DNA of 61,936 nt from Pseudobdellovibrionaceae bacterium (GCA_039810425.1 JBDHWW010000020.1:1-61936), one strand, 5' to 3'. Counted from the stretch's first letter, positions 31,965-41,087 are shown. Program-made: numbers and translations. The notes: generated by a model from the letters alone, not told the origin.

Positions 31965-33590
31965 ATGAATCAAGAATATTTTGAATGGACCCTGTTATTA
32001 GCCCGTTGGTTGCACATCATCGTTGGTATCACGTGGATTGGCACCTCGATTTTCTTTATGTGGCTTGACCGCACATTCACGCCAAATCCCAATTCCAAAA
32101 ACGCCGGCCACGTGGGTGATCTGTGGATGGTTCACGGGGGTGGCTTCTATCATGTCGAAAAACTTTTGATGGGCCCCACCAAAGTCCCCGAAGAGCTTCA
32201 CTGGTTTAAGTGGGAGTCTTATTGGACTTGGATGAGCGGAATCTTTTTGCTCATCGCTATTTTCTACACCGGTAGCGGCACGTTCTTACTCGACAACAGC
32301 GTTTCAGGAATCACGTACTGGCAAGCCGTCGGCATTGGTGTTGGCTCGATTTTAGTTTCCTGGTTCTTTTATGACTTCCTGTGGGAATCAAAACTCACCA
32401 AACAAAAGCCCGTCATCGGCCACATTTTGACAATTCTCTGGCTTGCCGGAATGGCTTATTTCCTTTGCCATACCTTGAGCGGCCGTGCGGCTTATATTCA
32501 TATCGGCGCGATGCTCGGCACTTGGATGACGGCCAATGTGTTTCTCCGGATCATTCCCCGCCAAGTGAAAATGGTCGAGGCCGCAAAGAAGGGCGAACCG
32601 GTCCATCCAGACTGGGGTCAGAACGCGAAGAACCGTTCAACCCATAATACTTACTTCACCCTGCCTGTGATTTTCCTGATGCTCAGCAACCACTTTTCAC
32701 AAACCTATGGCAATCAGTGGAACTGGCTCATTTTACTTTTGATCAGTGCCGCAGGGGCCGCGATTCGTGAATTCTTTGTGGTGCGTTTGAAAAACCCGGC
32801 GCGCTCAAGAGCTTTTGCCGCCATCGGTCTCTGCCTCATTCTTGGAGTTGTCGTGTTTACACGCGAGAACACCGGCAGCACGGCCGCCGCTCAAGAAGCG
32901 CATCACGAGGCTCCTTCGCCTAAAACCGCAGCCGTCACGGCCGTTGCGGAGGGCACAGGGGGGGTGATGGGGGTTGTCAGCTTTAATGGCGACGCTCCTC
33001 AAACGGAAAAACTTCTTTTGCCGTTTGCATGCGCCTCTCATTACAACGGCGACGCCTATTCAAATGAGATTCTTATTAAAAATGGTAAGCTCAAAAACGT
33101 TCTCGTGCGTGTGGTAAAAGGCCTTGACGCCAAAACTTATACGGACGTACCGGCGGAGCCCGTCATCGTCGACCAAGTGGGCTGTCAGTACGAACCACGC
33201 GTGACCGCAGCCCGCGTGGGGCAAAAAGTGGAGTTCATCAATAGCGATGCGCTTTTCCACAACGTGCGTTCTATCACAACCAGCAACGAAGTGTTCAACA
33301 TTTCAATGCCGAATAAAAATGACCGCTTCACCAAAATCTTCCAGAAGCCAGAGATATTCGTGCAAACCAAGTGCAGTGTTCACCCATGGATGAATGCCTA
33401 TGTCGCCGTGATGGACCACCCGTTCTACAGCGTATCTAACGACCGTGGCGAGTTTGTGATTAAAAACCTGCCGCCGGGGCATTACACGCTAGAGGCGTGG
33501 CATGAGGTCTTTGGCACTCAAACCAAAGAAATCGATATCAAAGCCAACGACACGACCAAGGAAGAATTTGAATTTAAGAAAAAGGACTAA
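31965..33590 (+). CDS. puuD: PuuD-type integral-membrane urate oxidase domain fused to a cupredoxin-like (not cytochrome c) domain
   Basis: RWLHIIVGITWIGTS, LWMVHGGGFY, LHWFKWESYWTWMSG, SGRAAYIHIGAMLGT, RSTHNTYFTLPVIFLMLSNH. C-terminus has HNV...CSVHPWM and no CxxCH. Confidence 0.9.
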   Translation: MNQEYFEWTLLLARWLHIIVGITWIGTSIFFMWLDRTFTPNPNSKNAGHVGDLWMVHGGGFYHVEKLLMGPTKVPEELHWFKWESYWTWMSGIFLLIAIFYTGSGTFLLDNSVSGITYWQAVGIGVGSILVSWFFYDFLWESKLTKQKPVIGHILTILWLAGMAYFLCHTLSGRAAYIHIGAMLGTWMTANVFLRIIPRQVKMVEAAKKGEPVHPDWGQNAKNRSTHNTYFTLPVIFLMLSNHFSQTYGNQWNWLILLLISAAGAAIREFFVVRLKNPARSRAFAAIGLCLILGVVVFTRENTGSTAAAQEAHHEAPSPKTAAVTAVAEGTGGVMGVVSFNGDAPQTEKLLLPFACASHYNGDAYSNEILIKNGKLKNVLVRVVKGLDAKTYTDVPAEPVIVDQVGCQYEPRVTAARVGQKVEFINSDALFHNVRSITTSNEVFNISMPNKNDRFTKIFQKPEIFVQTKCSVHPWMNAYVAVMDHPFYSVSNDRGEFVIKNLPPGHYTLEAWHEVFGTQTKEIDIKANDTTKEEFEFKKKD

Positions 33591-33593
33591 GCC

Positions 33594-33917
33594 ATGATCA
33601 GCACTCACATTCTTGACACCAGCATCGGCAGTCCTGCGGCGGATGTTGCGGTTTCTTTGAAAAGAAAAGACGGCGACGCCTGGAAAGACCTTGGCAAGGG
33701 CGTCACGGATTCAGACGGCCGTTTCGTTTTTGACTGTGAAAAAGTCATCGGCACTTATCAGATTGTTTTTGATACCGGGGACTACTTTAAAAAATCCGGC
33801 CGCGAGAGCTTTTTTATGAACACGCCGGTGATTTTTAAAATCTCGGATGTGAGTCGTAAGTATCACGTGCCTCTCTTGTTAAACCCCTTTGGATACTCCA
33901 CCTATCGCGGAAGTTAA
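33594..33917 (+). CDS. uraH: 5-hydroxyisourate hydrolase (transthyretin-like)
   Basis: ISTHILDT, TDSDGR, YHVPLLLNPFGYSTYRGS; no signal peptide. Confidence 0.97.
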   Translation: MISTHILDTSIGSPAADVAVSLKRKDGDAWKDLGKGVTDSDGRFVFDCEKVIGTYQIVFDTGDYFKKSGRESFFMNTPVIFKISDVSRKYHVPLLLNPFGYSTYRGS

Positions 33918-33930
33918 GGCGGCGGCCGTT

Positions 33931-36900
33931 ATGTCTCAACGAGAAATCCCCTACTATCTGGACTATGCCTCTGAAAATCTTTTGAATTACTTGCAGCCGG
34001 AATTAAAGCCTGTTCCCGGCAATCCGGAACTGCAACAAGTCGGCAGCATGGGGGGCCTTGAAAGCCCCGAGTCCTTGAAGTTTTTGTGTGAACTTTACGA
34101 TGCGGTAAAGCCGGAACTGCAAAAAGTTCTTGAACAGCGGATTGTCGATCGCAAGTTTATCGATGAGCGTACCAAAGCCTGCTATGAGCTCAATAAGTCG
34201 TTAGGCATTGATTTCCTTGATCCGCGCTATCATACGGTTCTCGGCCAAGAAGATGCCGGGGGGCGTATCGTCATGGGCCCTAAAAATGATTTTTACTGCA
34301 AGCCCGGCGGCGGAAAGCCGGTCGCTGAGATTCCGAAATTCTTGCAAGGCAACCATGTGACGTTGTTCGGTCCACCCGATGATGCCAAACTTTCAATCAA
34401 CGCGATGAATGCCTACCACCGCAAGCTCCACGCTGAACCCGCAGTGGTGGCGGAGCTTTTAAAAACTCACACCAGTGAGGCCAAATGGGGTGCTGACGAC
34501 GAGGACTCCAAAACGCCCCTGCGCCGCGATTTGATTTCGGCCGGCGAAAACCTCACCGGATGCTTTAACAAAAACCTTCACTTCGTCGATCCAAAATCGC
34601 ATAAAGAATACCAACTCGAAAAAGAGCATCTTTCACTGCCGGTGAAACGATTTCCGGGGCTGGCGATGCCGTGCTTGTTCCTCTACTACAAAAACAACCC
34701 CTTGCCCTTGCATATGTATGATTTTGCGTTGCACCTCTTTGAACACTGGCAAAACCCGGAAGCTTTGGCATTCTATGTACCCAAACTCGAAACCGAAGAA
34801 GAAGCCCGCTACATCCGCCTCCTGATTGAGACCGCAGAGAAAATGATCGCAAAACTCCACCCGGCCTATCAGGTTGGTACGGTCCGCTTGTTGATCGTGC
34901 TTGAAAATCCACGCGCGGTTTTCCGCGTGAACGAAATCATGGATGAACTCTATCCGTACTTTGCCGGCGCTTCCCTCGGGTGGCATGACTACTTGGGATC
35001 TACCGCAAGACTCTTTAAAGAGGATGCGAACTATCGCATCCCGGTGAAGGCCGATCCGAACATCGTGATTAAATACATTAAAGGCTCGCATGATCTTCTT
35101 GCCAATGTCGTGGGTCCGCGCGGTGGGATTAAGATCGGTGGCATGTACGGCATTCTTCCCATCGACACCGACCTCACGAATCCCTCTTTTCAGATCACCA
35201 TGAAGGGCTTCATCAAAGACGTCATCACACAGATGAAACGTCAGCTCTCGGGTTTCTGGGTCGCCCACCCGGATTTTGTGCGCTTAGGCCTTGCCCTGAT
35301 TGAAGCGTGGAAGTTTCATGCCTCAGGCGATTCAAGCAAACTCGAGATGATGATTAAGTCTTTGCTCGAGCCAAAGTATCACAAAGAGATTTTGGATTTC
35401 GTTTTCGGTCCAGACATCCAGGGCCTTGATATTACGGACCCCCTTTATGCCCGCTCACTGATTGTTGCCGACATTAAGGAATCGACTTATATCGCGAACA
35501 ATCACCCGGAAGAAATCCGTTACAACATCTTCCAATCGCTTCAGTATCTGACCGACTGGCTTTCCGGAAATGGCTGCGTCGCCCTGCCAACGCAGATCGA
35601 AGGAATCCCCGCGCGCGTGATGGACGACCTGGCCACGGCCGAGCGATCACGTTGGGAAGTCTGGCATGAACTTCACCATGGCCGCTTTAGTATCGGCAAC
35701 TTTTTAAAAATCGCCCACGAGGAACTGCACTTTATCCGTAAGGATCTTTCAAACGGAAAAAAGATCGTTCAAGTGAAATGGAATGAACGCACGGAAAAAT
35801 GGTACCCGGTGGCCATGAATCTGATGCTTCACTTGATGACCAGCGATCATCCGGTGGAGTTCGCCTCTGAATTACTTTTGCCATTTACTTTAGATTCCAT
35901 CCGCCACTCGCAGGACCCTTGGCAAGCAGTGACGAAGATCGATCCTGTGAAGTACGCGATTAAACCATATGTTACGCGCTTTAATTATTACTTCTCGATG
36001 TGTGGGAGCCTCGCTTTTGCCACCGAAATGGCAAAGAACTTGACGGTGGATCTTGCGCAAACTGAAAAGTTGATCCGCCAGTTTGATATGGCTCAGATTC
36101 TAGAAGCCGCAAGCTTCCATGGGGATATTGGCGAAGCCAAGAAAACTCTCGATGCCATGGCCTCGAAAGAACAGGCCCTCGTTCATCAAGAAGATAAAGC
36201 GCTCCAAGAAGAGCTGCTGGTTCAGGGGAAAGCCTACCGCGAGAAGTTCGGCATGAAGTTTTTGATTTCAGCCCAGGGAAAATCCGGCAAGGAACTATTG
36301 ACGGCGCTGCAAAATCGCAGGAACAACTCGCTGGCGGCTGAAATGGACCATGCGCGCGCAGCGCTTTGGGAAATCACCAAAAAGCGCCTCACCGCTCATC
36401 CCATGAATCAGCTGCAAGATTTTATCACCGAGGCGCTGAAGCGCCACAACGTCAACGCCGCCCAGGTTTCAATTTCAACCGGCGAAGGTCTTTTACAAGA
36501 TCTGGCCTTCGGCCAGGCCACGACGGGGACCTGGTTTGAAGTCGCCTCGCTGAGTAAAACCCTCGGCAGTTGCTATGCGATGGAATACTTCCGCAAAAAA
36601 GGTATTCCGCTCACTACCCCCGTCAACGCGCTCTTCGCAAAAAGCTCCTCGGGCTTTAGGTTAAAATCCCTCAACCGGCAACATCCCGAATGGGCGGACC
36701 AAGTCACGTTGGCTCACTTGATGAGTCACGCCGCCCTGAACATGCATTATGTGATCGGCACTCCGGCAAACGAACCGATGCAAAATCTCAAGGAACTTGT
36801 TGAAGGCTCTGTCGGGGTTATCAACGAACCGGGCACGAAATTCCAATACTCGGGTGCAGGCTTTTTAGTGCTGGAACACCTTATTGAGGCGCTGGAGGGA

Positions 36901-38616
36901 AAACGTATTCAAGACCTCACTCGTCCGTTTTTGGATCAATTGGGACTGACAGACTTTTCATTTGAGCAAAAAAATCTGCCGGGAGTACAATACGCAACGG
37001 CCTATGATGTTGCGGGAGTTGAAATCCCAGGAGGCCGCAAGCTCTTCCCCGCTTTTGCCGCGGGCGCGATGGGGACAGCTCACGCCATCGAAGAATTCTT
37101 AACCGCCCTCACAAAGGCGTTTCATGGCGTGAAAGGCTTTGGGCCGATCTCGCATGATACGGCGATGCGGATGCTGTATGGAACAGATAAAGGCTGCCGT
37201 AAGTTCATGGGCACGAAAATGGGCCTCGGCATCTTTACCGCGGAAGCCGGACCGAATCGCCTCGCGATCCATCAGGGAGCCAACGATGGCTATCGTTGCT
37301 TGTTTGCCCATTGCTATGACGGTCCTGCCAAAGGCCAGGGCTTTACGGTTCTTTGCAATGCCGAACTCAACGGCGTGCTTTTCATCTCCGAAGTTGCGCA
37401 AGCTCTGCTGAAAGAATTCAATATCGCGGGCATTGACTACCGCCGCTTTAAGAAAACTTTCGTCAGTTCAGAAATTCCACAAGAGCAGATCGTCAACATC
37501 GGCTATCGTGATTTGATTTTCGATGCCTTCGAATCCGATTTGCCGGAAGAGATCATCGAAAAGGGTCCTCTTGATCCATTGGCGAAATACAATTTTGCGA
37601 TGGGTGCAAAGATTATCGAAACAACGAATCAAGGCTTTGCCCGCGCGGCGAATCTGCTATCGGACCATCTGCCGTTATTTGACCCGAAACTCTTTGGCCG
37701 CCAAGGTAAGATCATGGACAGCTGGGAAACCGTCCGGCACAACCAAAAAACCTGCGATGAGTTGGTTTTTGAATTGAAGAAACCTGCAGCGATCCACTAT
37801 GTCGCCGTTTCCACCAAGTACCATCTCGGCAATCAGGCCCAGTTTACAAAGCTTGAGGGCTTGAACGACGACACAAAAGCATGGCAGGAACTCATTCCAA
37901 AGACGGCTCTTGAAGGCCATGCACTGAAGCGGATGACAACGTCAACGGGTGTGGCGAAATTCCGCCAGATCAAGATGTCTCTCTATCCCGATGGGGGTAT
38001 TTCACGTCTGGGACTTTATGACGAGTCTTTGCCTGAAACGGAAAAATCCAAGTACGATTCACCGGAGCGCGCAAAGAGCGAGGTTTTTACGGATGAAATC
38101 CCCAAAACTCAGCGCTCACTGGCGCCGAAGTATGATGCCAGCGCCAAGGAGCTCGCCGCGAACTGGCAGGCCGCTGGGGATGAGGTCGATGTTGCGAGTC
38201 TTGCCTATGGTGCAAAGGTCGTGAAAGCGACGAACGAGCACTTTGGCCCCGCGGCTCAGGTGATTTCACCCTACCCTCCACTTCATATGTTTGACGGGAT
38301 GGAGTCGGCTCGCAGCCGTGACGAGGGGCACTTTGAGGAAATCGTCATTGAGCTTGCAAGACCCGCGGCAATTCATCGTTTGGAACTCGATTTTACGTAC
38401 TTTGTGAATAACAATCCGTTAGAAGTGTCCGTCGAAGGCCTGGCCGCCGGCGCCTGGATGCCCCTTGTTCCCCGCACCAATGTGAAAGCCTACGCGGCAA
38501 ATAAATTCACGATGGACCTTTCGCTGGCGGAAAAAATCACCCAAATAAAGCTTACGGCTTTTCCGGACGGTGGGATCAATCGGGTTAAAGCTTTTGCGCG
38601 AAGGGGTCCGCTATAA
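33931..38616 (+). CDS. Four-domain fusion: malate synthase / OHCU decarboxylase / beta-lactamase-family serine hydrolase / allantoicase
   Basis: One uninterrupted ORF. Malate synthase: FYVPKLE, WVAHP, WLSGNGCV, MDDLATAE. UraD: HGDIG, EQA, YREKFGMKFLI. Serine hydrolase: SLSK, YSG, HQG. Allantoicase: DSWET/PDGGISRL and DGMESAR/PDGGINRV. ATG 33931 preferred over TTG 33889. Confidence 0.9.
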   Translation: MSQREIPYYLDYASENLLNYLQPELKPVPGNPELQQVGSMGGLESPESLKFLCELYDAVKPELQKVLEQRIVDRKFIDERTKACYELNKSLGIDFLDPRYHTVLGQEDAGGRIVMGPKNDFYCKPGGGKPVAEIPKFLQGNHVTLFGPPDDAKLSINAMNAYHRKLHAEPAVVAELLKTHTSEAKWGADDEDSKTPLRRDLISAGENLTGCFNKNLHFVDPKSHKEYQLEKEHLSLPVKRFPGLAMPCLFLYYKNNPLPLHMYDFALHLFEHWQNPEALAFYVPKLETEEEARYIRLLIETAEKMIAKLHPAYQVGTVRLLIVLENPRAVFRVNEIMDELYPYFAGASLGWHDYLGSTARLFKEDANYRIPVKADPNIVIKYIKGSHDLLANVVGPRGGIKIGGMYGILPIDTDLTNPSFQITMKGFIKDVITQMKRQLSGFWVAHPDFVRLGLALIEAWKFHASGDSSKLEMMIKSLLEPKYHKEILDFVFGPDIQGLDITDPLYARSLIVADIKESTYIANNHPEEIRYNIFQSLQYLTDWLSGNGCVALPTQIEGIPARVMDDLATAERSRWEVWHELHHGRFSIGNFLKIAHEELHFIRKDLSNGKKIVQVKWNERTEKWYPVAMNLMLHLMTSDHPVEFASELLLPFTLDSIRHSQDPWQAVTKIDPVKYAIKPYVTRFNYYFSMCGSLAFATEMAKNLTVDLAQTEKLIRQFDMAQILEAASFHGDIGEAKKTLDAMASKEQALVHQEDKALQEELLVQGKAYREKFGMKFLISAQGKSGKELLTALQNRRNNSLAAEMDHARAALWEITKKRLTAHPMNQLQDFITEALKRHNVNAAQVSISTGEGLLQDLAFGQATTGTWFEVASLSKTLGSCYAMEYFRKKGIPLTTPVNALFAKSSSGFRLKSLNRQHPEWADQVTLAHLMSHAALNMHYVIGTPANEPMQNLKELVEGSVGVINEPGTKFQYSGAGFLVLEHLIEALEGKRIQDLTRPFLDQLGLTDFSFEQKNLPGVQYATAYDVAGVEIPGGRKLFPAFAAGAMGTAHAIEEFLTALTKAFHGVKGFGPISHDTAMRMLYGTDKGCRKFMGTKMGLGIFTAEAGPNRLAIHQGANDGYRCLFAHCYDGPAKGQGFTVLCNAELNGVLFISEVAQALLKEFNIAGIDYRRFKKTFVSSEIPQEQIVNIGYRDLIFDAFESDLPEEIIEKGPLDPLAKYNFAMGAKIIETTNQGFARAANLLSDHLPLFDPKLFGRQGKIMDSWETVRHNQKTCDELVFELKKPAAIHYVAVSTKYHLGNQAQFTKLEGLNDDTKAWQELIPKTALEGHALKRMTTSTGVAKFRQIKMSLYPDGGISRLGLYDESLPETEKSKYDSPERAKSEVFTDEIPKTQRSLAPKYDASAKELAANWQAAGDEVDVASLAYGAKVVKATNEHFGPAAQVISPYPPLHMFDGMESARSRDEGHFEEIVIELARPAAIHRLELDFTYFVNNNPLEVSVEGLAAGAWMPLVPRTNVKAYAANKFTMDLSLAEKITQIKLTAFPDGGINRVKAFARRGPL

Positions 38617-38629
38617 AAAATCCAGCGGG

Positions 38630-39451
38630 TTAAAGAGTGTGGCAGCTCACGCCTGGCACTTGGATTACGTCATCTATCTTAAGTGTTTGGTTTGAGTTCG
38701 CCGTGAGGAACTCACCGCCGCCCACGGAAGAAATATTTCTCAGGTACTTCGTCTGCGATTCAACGAAAGATTGAGAGTAATAATAAACCGTATTGAGGCT
38801 CACTTGGCCTGGCGCCAAAGCGCGGATCGAAGAAGCATCCGGAATCACATCGTCCGGGGTTCTGTAGTCCGTCGCTTGGCCGTCCGAGACCACCACCACC
38901 ACATAGGCTGCTTGTTGGGCCATGTTCGCCGTAAGGTCGGCGCTGATAATGTTCCTTGCCATATTCAAAGCGGCCTTATACGGGGTATTGCCGCTATCTG
39001 CGGTATTCATAAAACTGTTATAACCAGAGTTCACGACAGACATATCTTGCGAGAACACCCCATCGTTGCCCACTTTAATTTGAGCGTTTGCGGAAACACC
39101 TTGAAAAGAGATCATACCGAAGTAGAAATTGCCGCGGCCTTGATACGCGCTGATGAAATTGCTGAGTGTTGCTGAACGCCATTTCTTTTGGGGATCTGTT
39201 GCTACCGCGCCCCCTTCGCCGGCGTTGGAGCCTGAGGTATCAACGATAAAAAGGACTTTCACGATTTTGCTCGAACTCACTGTCGTTGGCCGGCACGTGG
39301 AATCATCCCCACCGTTATTATCGCCCGTGACCCCATTCAACGCATTGGCGTCCAAATCTGTTGTGAACTTTGCATTAGAGCAGTTTTGGAAAACGAGAAC
39401 CAACGAGAAAAACGTCACTCCGAGTGCTATTTTACCAAAGTTGATTTTCAT
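38630..39451 (-). CDS. Exported VWA-domain protein with FQNCS lipoprotein-like signal
   Basis: VFQNCS; VLFIVDTSGS (MIDAS), TPY, VSDGQATD. Start ATG 39451. Confidence 0.85.
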   Translation of the reverse strand: MKINFGKIALGVTFFSLVLVFQNCSNAKFTTDLDANALNGVTGDNNGGDDSTCRPTTVSSSKIVKVLFIVDTSGSNAGEGGAVATDPQKKWRSATLSNFISAYQGRGNFYFGMISFQGVSANAQIKVGNDGVFSQDMSVVNSGYNSFMNTADSGNTPYKAALNMARNIISADLTANMAQQAAYVVVVVSDGQATDYRTPDDVIPDASSIRALAPGQVSLNTVYYYSQSFVESQTKYLRNISSVGGGEFLTANSNQTLKIDDVIQVPGVSCHTL

Positions 39452-39608
39452 ATGATTCCCCCGCCTAACTAACATATAAACTATGCAAGTTCCGTGAGAC
39501 CCCACCTCCGGCCCCGGAACGATCCTGTTGGCTCTCAGCTTGAGCCTGCGTCCAATAATACGAGGGCCGTAAAAGACTTCGTCGTAGCAAAGCGGGAATT
39601 TTGGGGAT

Positions 39609-40331
39609 TTAAGGCGCCTTTTCAAGACCGGGGTCTGCGGCGCAAGGGCTTATATTCGATTCCGCGCCATCGTTGAAATCCATATTGTGGATCTTTTGCA
39701 CATCCCGCAAACGTGTCAAAGCCGCAGCCAGCATCTTTGGGAGCGCGCCGAACTGGTTTCCCACTTGGCTGATCGCCGAGCTGATGATGATTTCATTCAG
39801 CGGGATCAAACGTGGGACAGGATTGCCTCCGAGTGTCTCACATTCAGACACGGGAGTGACCACAGAGTGCTTACGGCAAACCCCAGGGCGATTCTCGTAG
39901 TTGCGACAGGCATTGTCGTCACCGAGAAGCACGCAGCGATTCGATTTCACCGCTCCTTGTGCCCACTGAGGATCCAAGCGCTCGCGCCTGGCCTGCGTTT
40001 GCAAACGCTCTTCATCAATCTCAATTCCCTGCTGCAAGAGCGAGCGCGCCAAACGATCCGCATCGTCTTCACTGATTTCCACCTCGAGGTGGCAACACGC
40101 GCTGCAGCCTCTCTGACAGGTCGTTTTGATATGTGAACTCAGGGCAATTTGTTCTTCGATAAGCTCATGCGTGACGGTGGCACGCTCAGCTCCCGGACGG
40201 TAGGTCGCAAGAAGGTCGTGATAGTGATTCAGTAAGCGATCCACTTCGCATTCAAAACTTGCGAATTCTTCAGGAGTCAGAGTGGTCTTATAGACGGTAA
40301 GAAGAGCGCGAAGCTGCGGAGTCATTTTCAT
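39609..40331 (-). CDS. YkgJ-family cysteine-cluster (Zn/Fe-chelating) protein
   Basis: CQRGCSACCH, CVLL...CRNYENRPGVCR. Confidence 0.88.
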   Translation of the reverse strand: MKMTPQLRALLTVYKTTLTPEEFASFECEVDRLLNHYHDLLATYRPGAERATVTHELIEEQIALSSHIKTTCQRGCSACCHLEVEISEDDADRLARSLLQQGIEIDEERLQTQARRERLDPQWAQGAVKSNRCVLLGDDNACRNYENRPGVCRKHSVVTPVSECETLGGNPVPRLIPLNEIIISSAISQVGNQFGALPKMLAAALTRLRDVQKIHNMDFNDGAESNISPCAADPGLEKAP

Positions 40332-40479
40332 ATACCTTTAAGTGTATCCCTCCACCCGACTGGCGGCGAGATCCGTTTTTACAAATAAGGTCGAGGTCGA
40401 GGCGTTGAGCCTGAATTTCATTGAGCTTGATTTAGCTTAAATGGATTGCTCGCCTTTTCCAGTAAATCCATATATAAAA

Positions 40480-40932
40480 CTACTTTCCTTGAATAACCTC
40501 AAAATAAGCCCGGCAGTAATCAGACTCCGTATTGGCCCGGTTGAACTTTAACACCTGGTCCATCTTACGCGCCCGGCAGCGATTGAGCGCCGGCCCAATC
40601 AAGCCCGAGGGATGCTCCTTGATGAATTGCGCAAGCTCCGCCTTACATTGGGCCTCAGCCCCCTGCCAAGCCGTTTCACAGAGTGCTTTTTCAAGTTTGT
40701 AACAGCGGCCCTGGGGGCTGCTCTCTCCACAAGGTCGCTTGGCCAGTTCTTCTTCCATGGCAGGTTTCATCACAAAAAGGGAGGTTAAATGAAAAGCGAA
40801 TATGATGGTGAACAAAGCCCCCGCCCCGATCTCCCAATAAGGCTGAATGCCGAAAAGTTTAGCGAGGGGTCGAAAGAAAATAAAAACGAGGCCCAAAAGG
40901 AATAAAACGCCATAAAAAACGGTCATAGTCAT
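40480..40932 (-). CDS. Hypothetical membrane protein with Cys-rich soluble domain
   Basis: Two N-terminal TMs and six Cys in the C-terminal part. Start is 40932 or 40944. Confidence 0.6.
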   Translation of the reverse strand: MTMTVFYGVLFLLGLVFIFFRPLAKLFGIQPYWEIGAGALFTIIFAFHLTSLFVMKPAMEEELAKRPCGESSPQGRCYKLEKALCETAWQGAEAQCKAELAQFIKEHPSGLIGPALNRCRARKMDQVLKFNRANTESDYCRAYFEVIQGK

Positions 40933-41087
40933 AAGCGAAAGCATAGCACCCGAGTTGTCGCGAATCTAGTCACTTTTCGGAAGAAACTTCATGGTCGATT
41001 GCTTGTACTCGCCCTTAAGAGCCTCTTAGGTTTGGTACTGGGATTGCTATATTCCAGGTGTTGGTAAAAATACCCTTGGGAGGACTT

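Noticed and set aside
33020..33045. CASH in PuuD as a haem-binding motif
   Set aside because: It is CxxH, not CxxCH, and lies in a beta-sandwich context. The Cys more likely forms a disulfide.
33889..33930. TTG start and N-terminal extension of the fusion protein
   Set aside because: It overlaps the uraH 3' end; ATG 33931 fits operon spacing better. Similar over-long starts were trimmed for several other genes.
36400..37430. Beta-lactamase domain as an antibiotic-resistance gene
   Set aside because: It is internal to a cytoplasmic metabolic fusion with no signal peptide, and has YSG/HQG rather than YxN/KTG.
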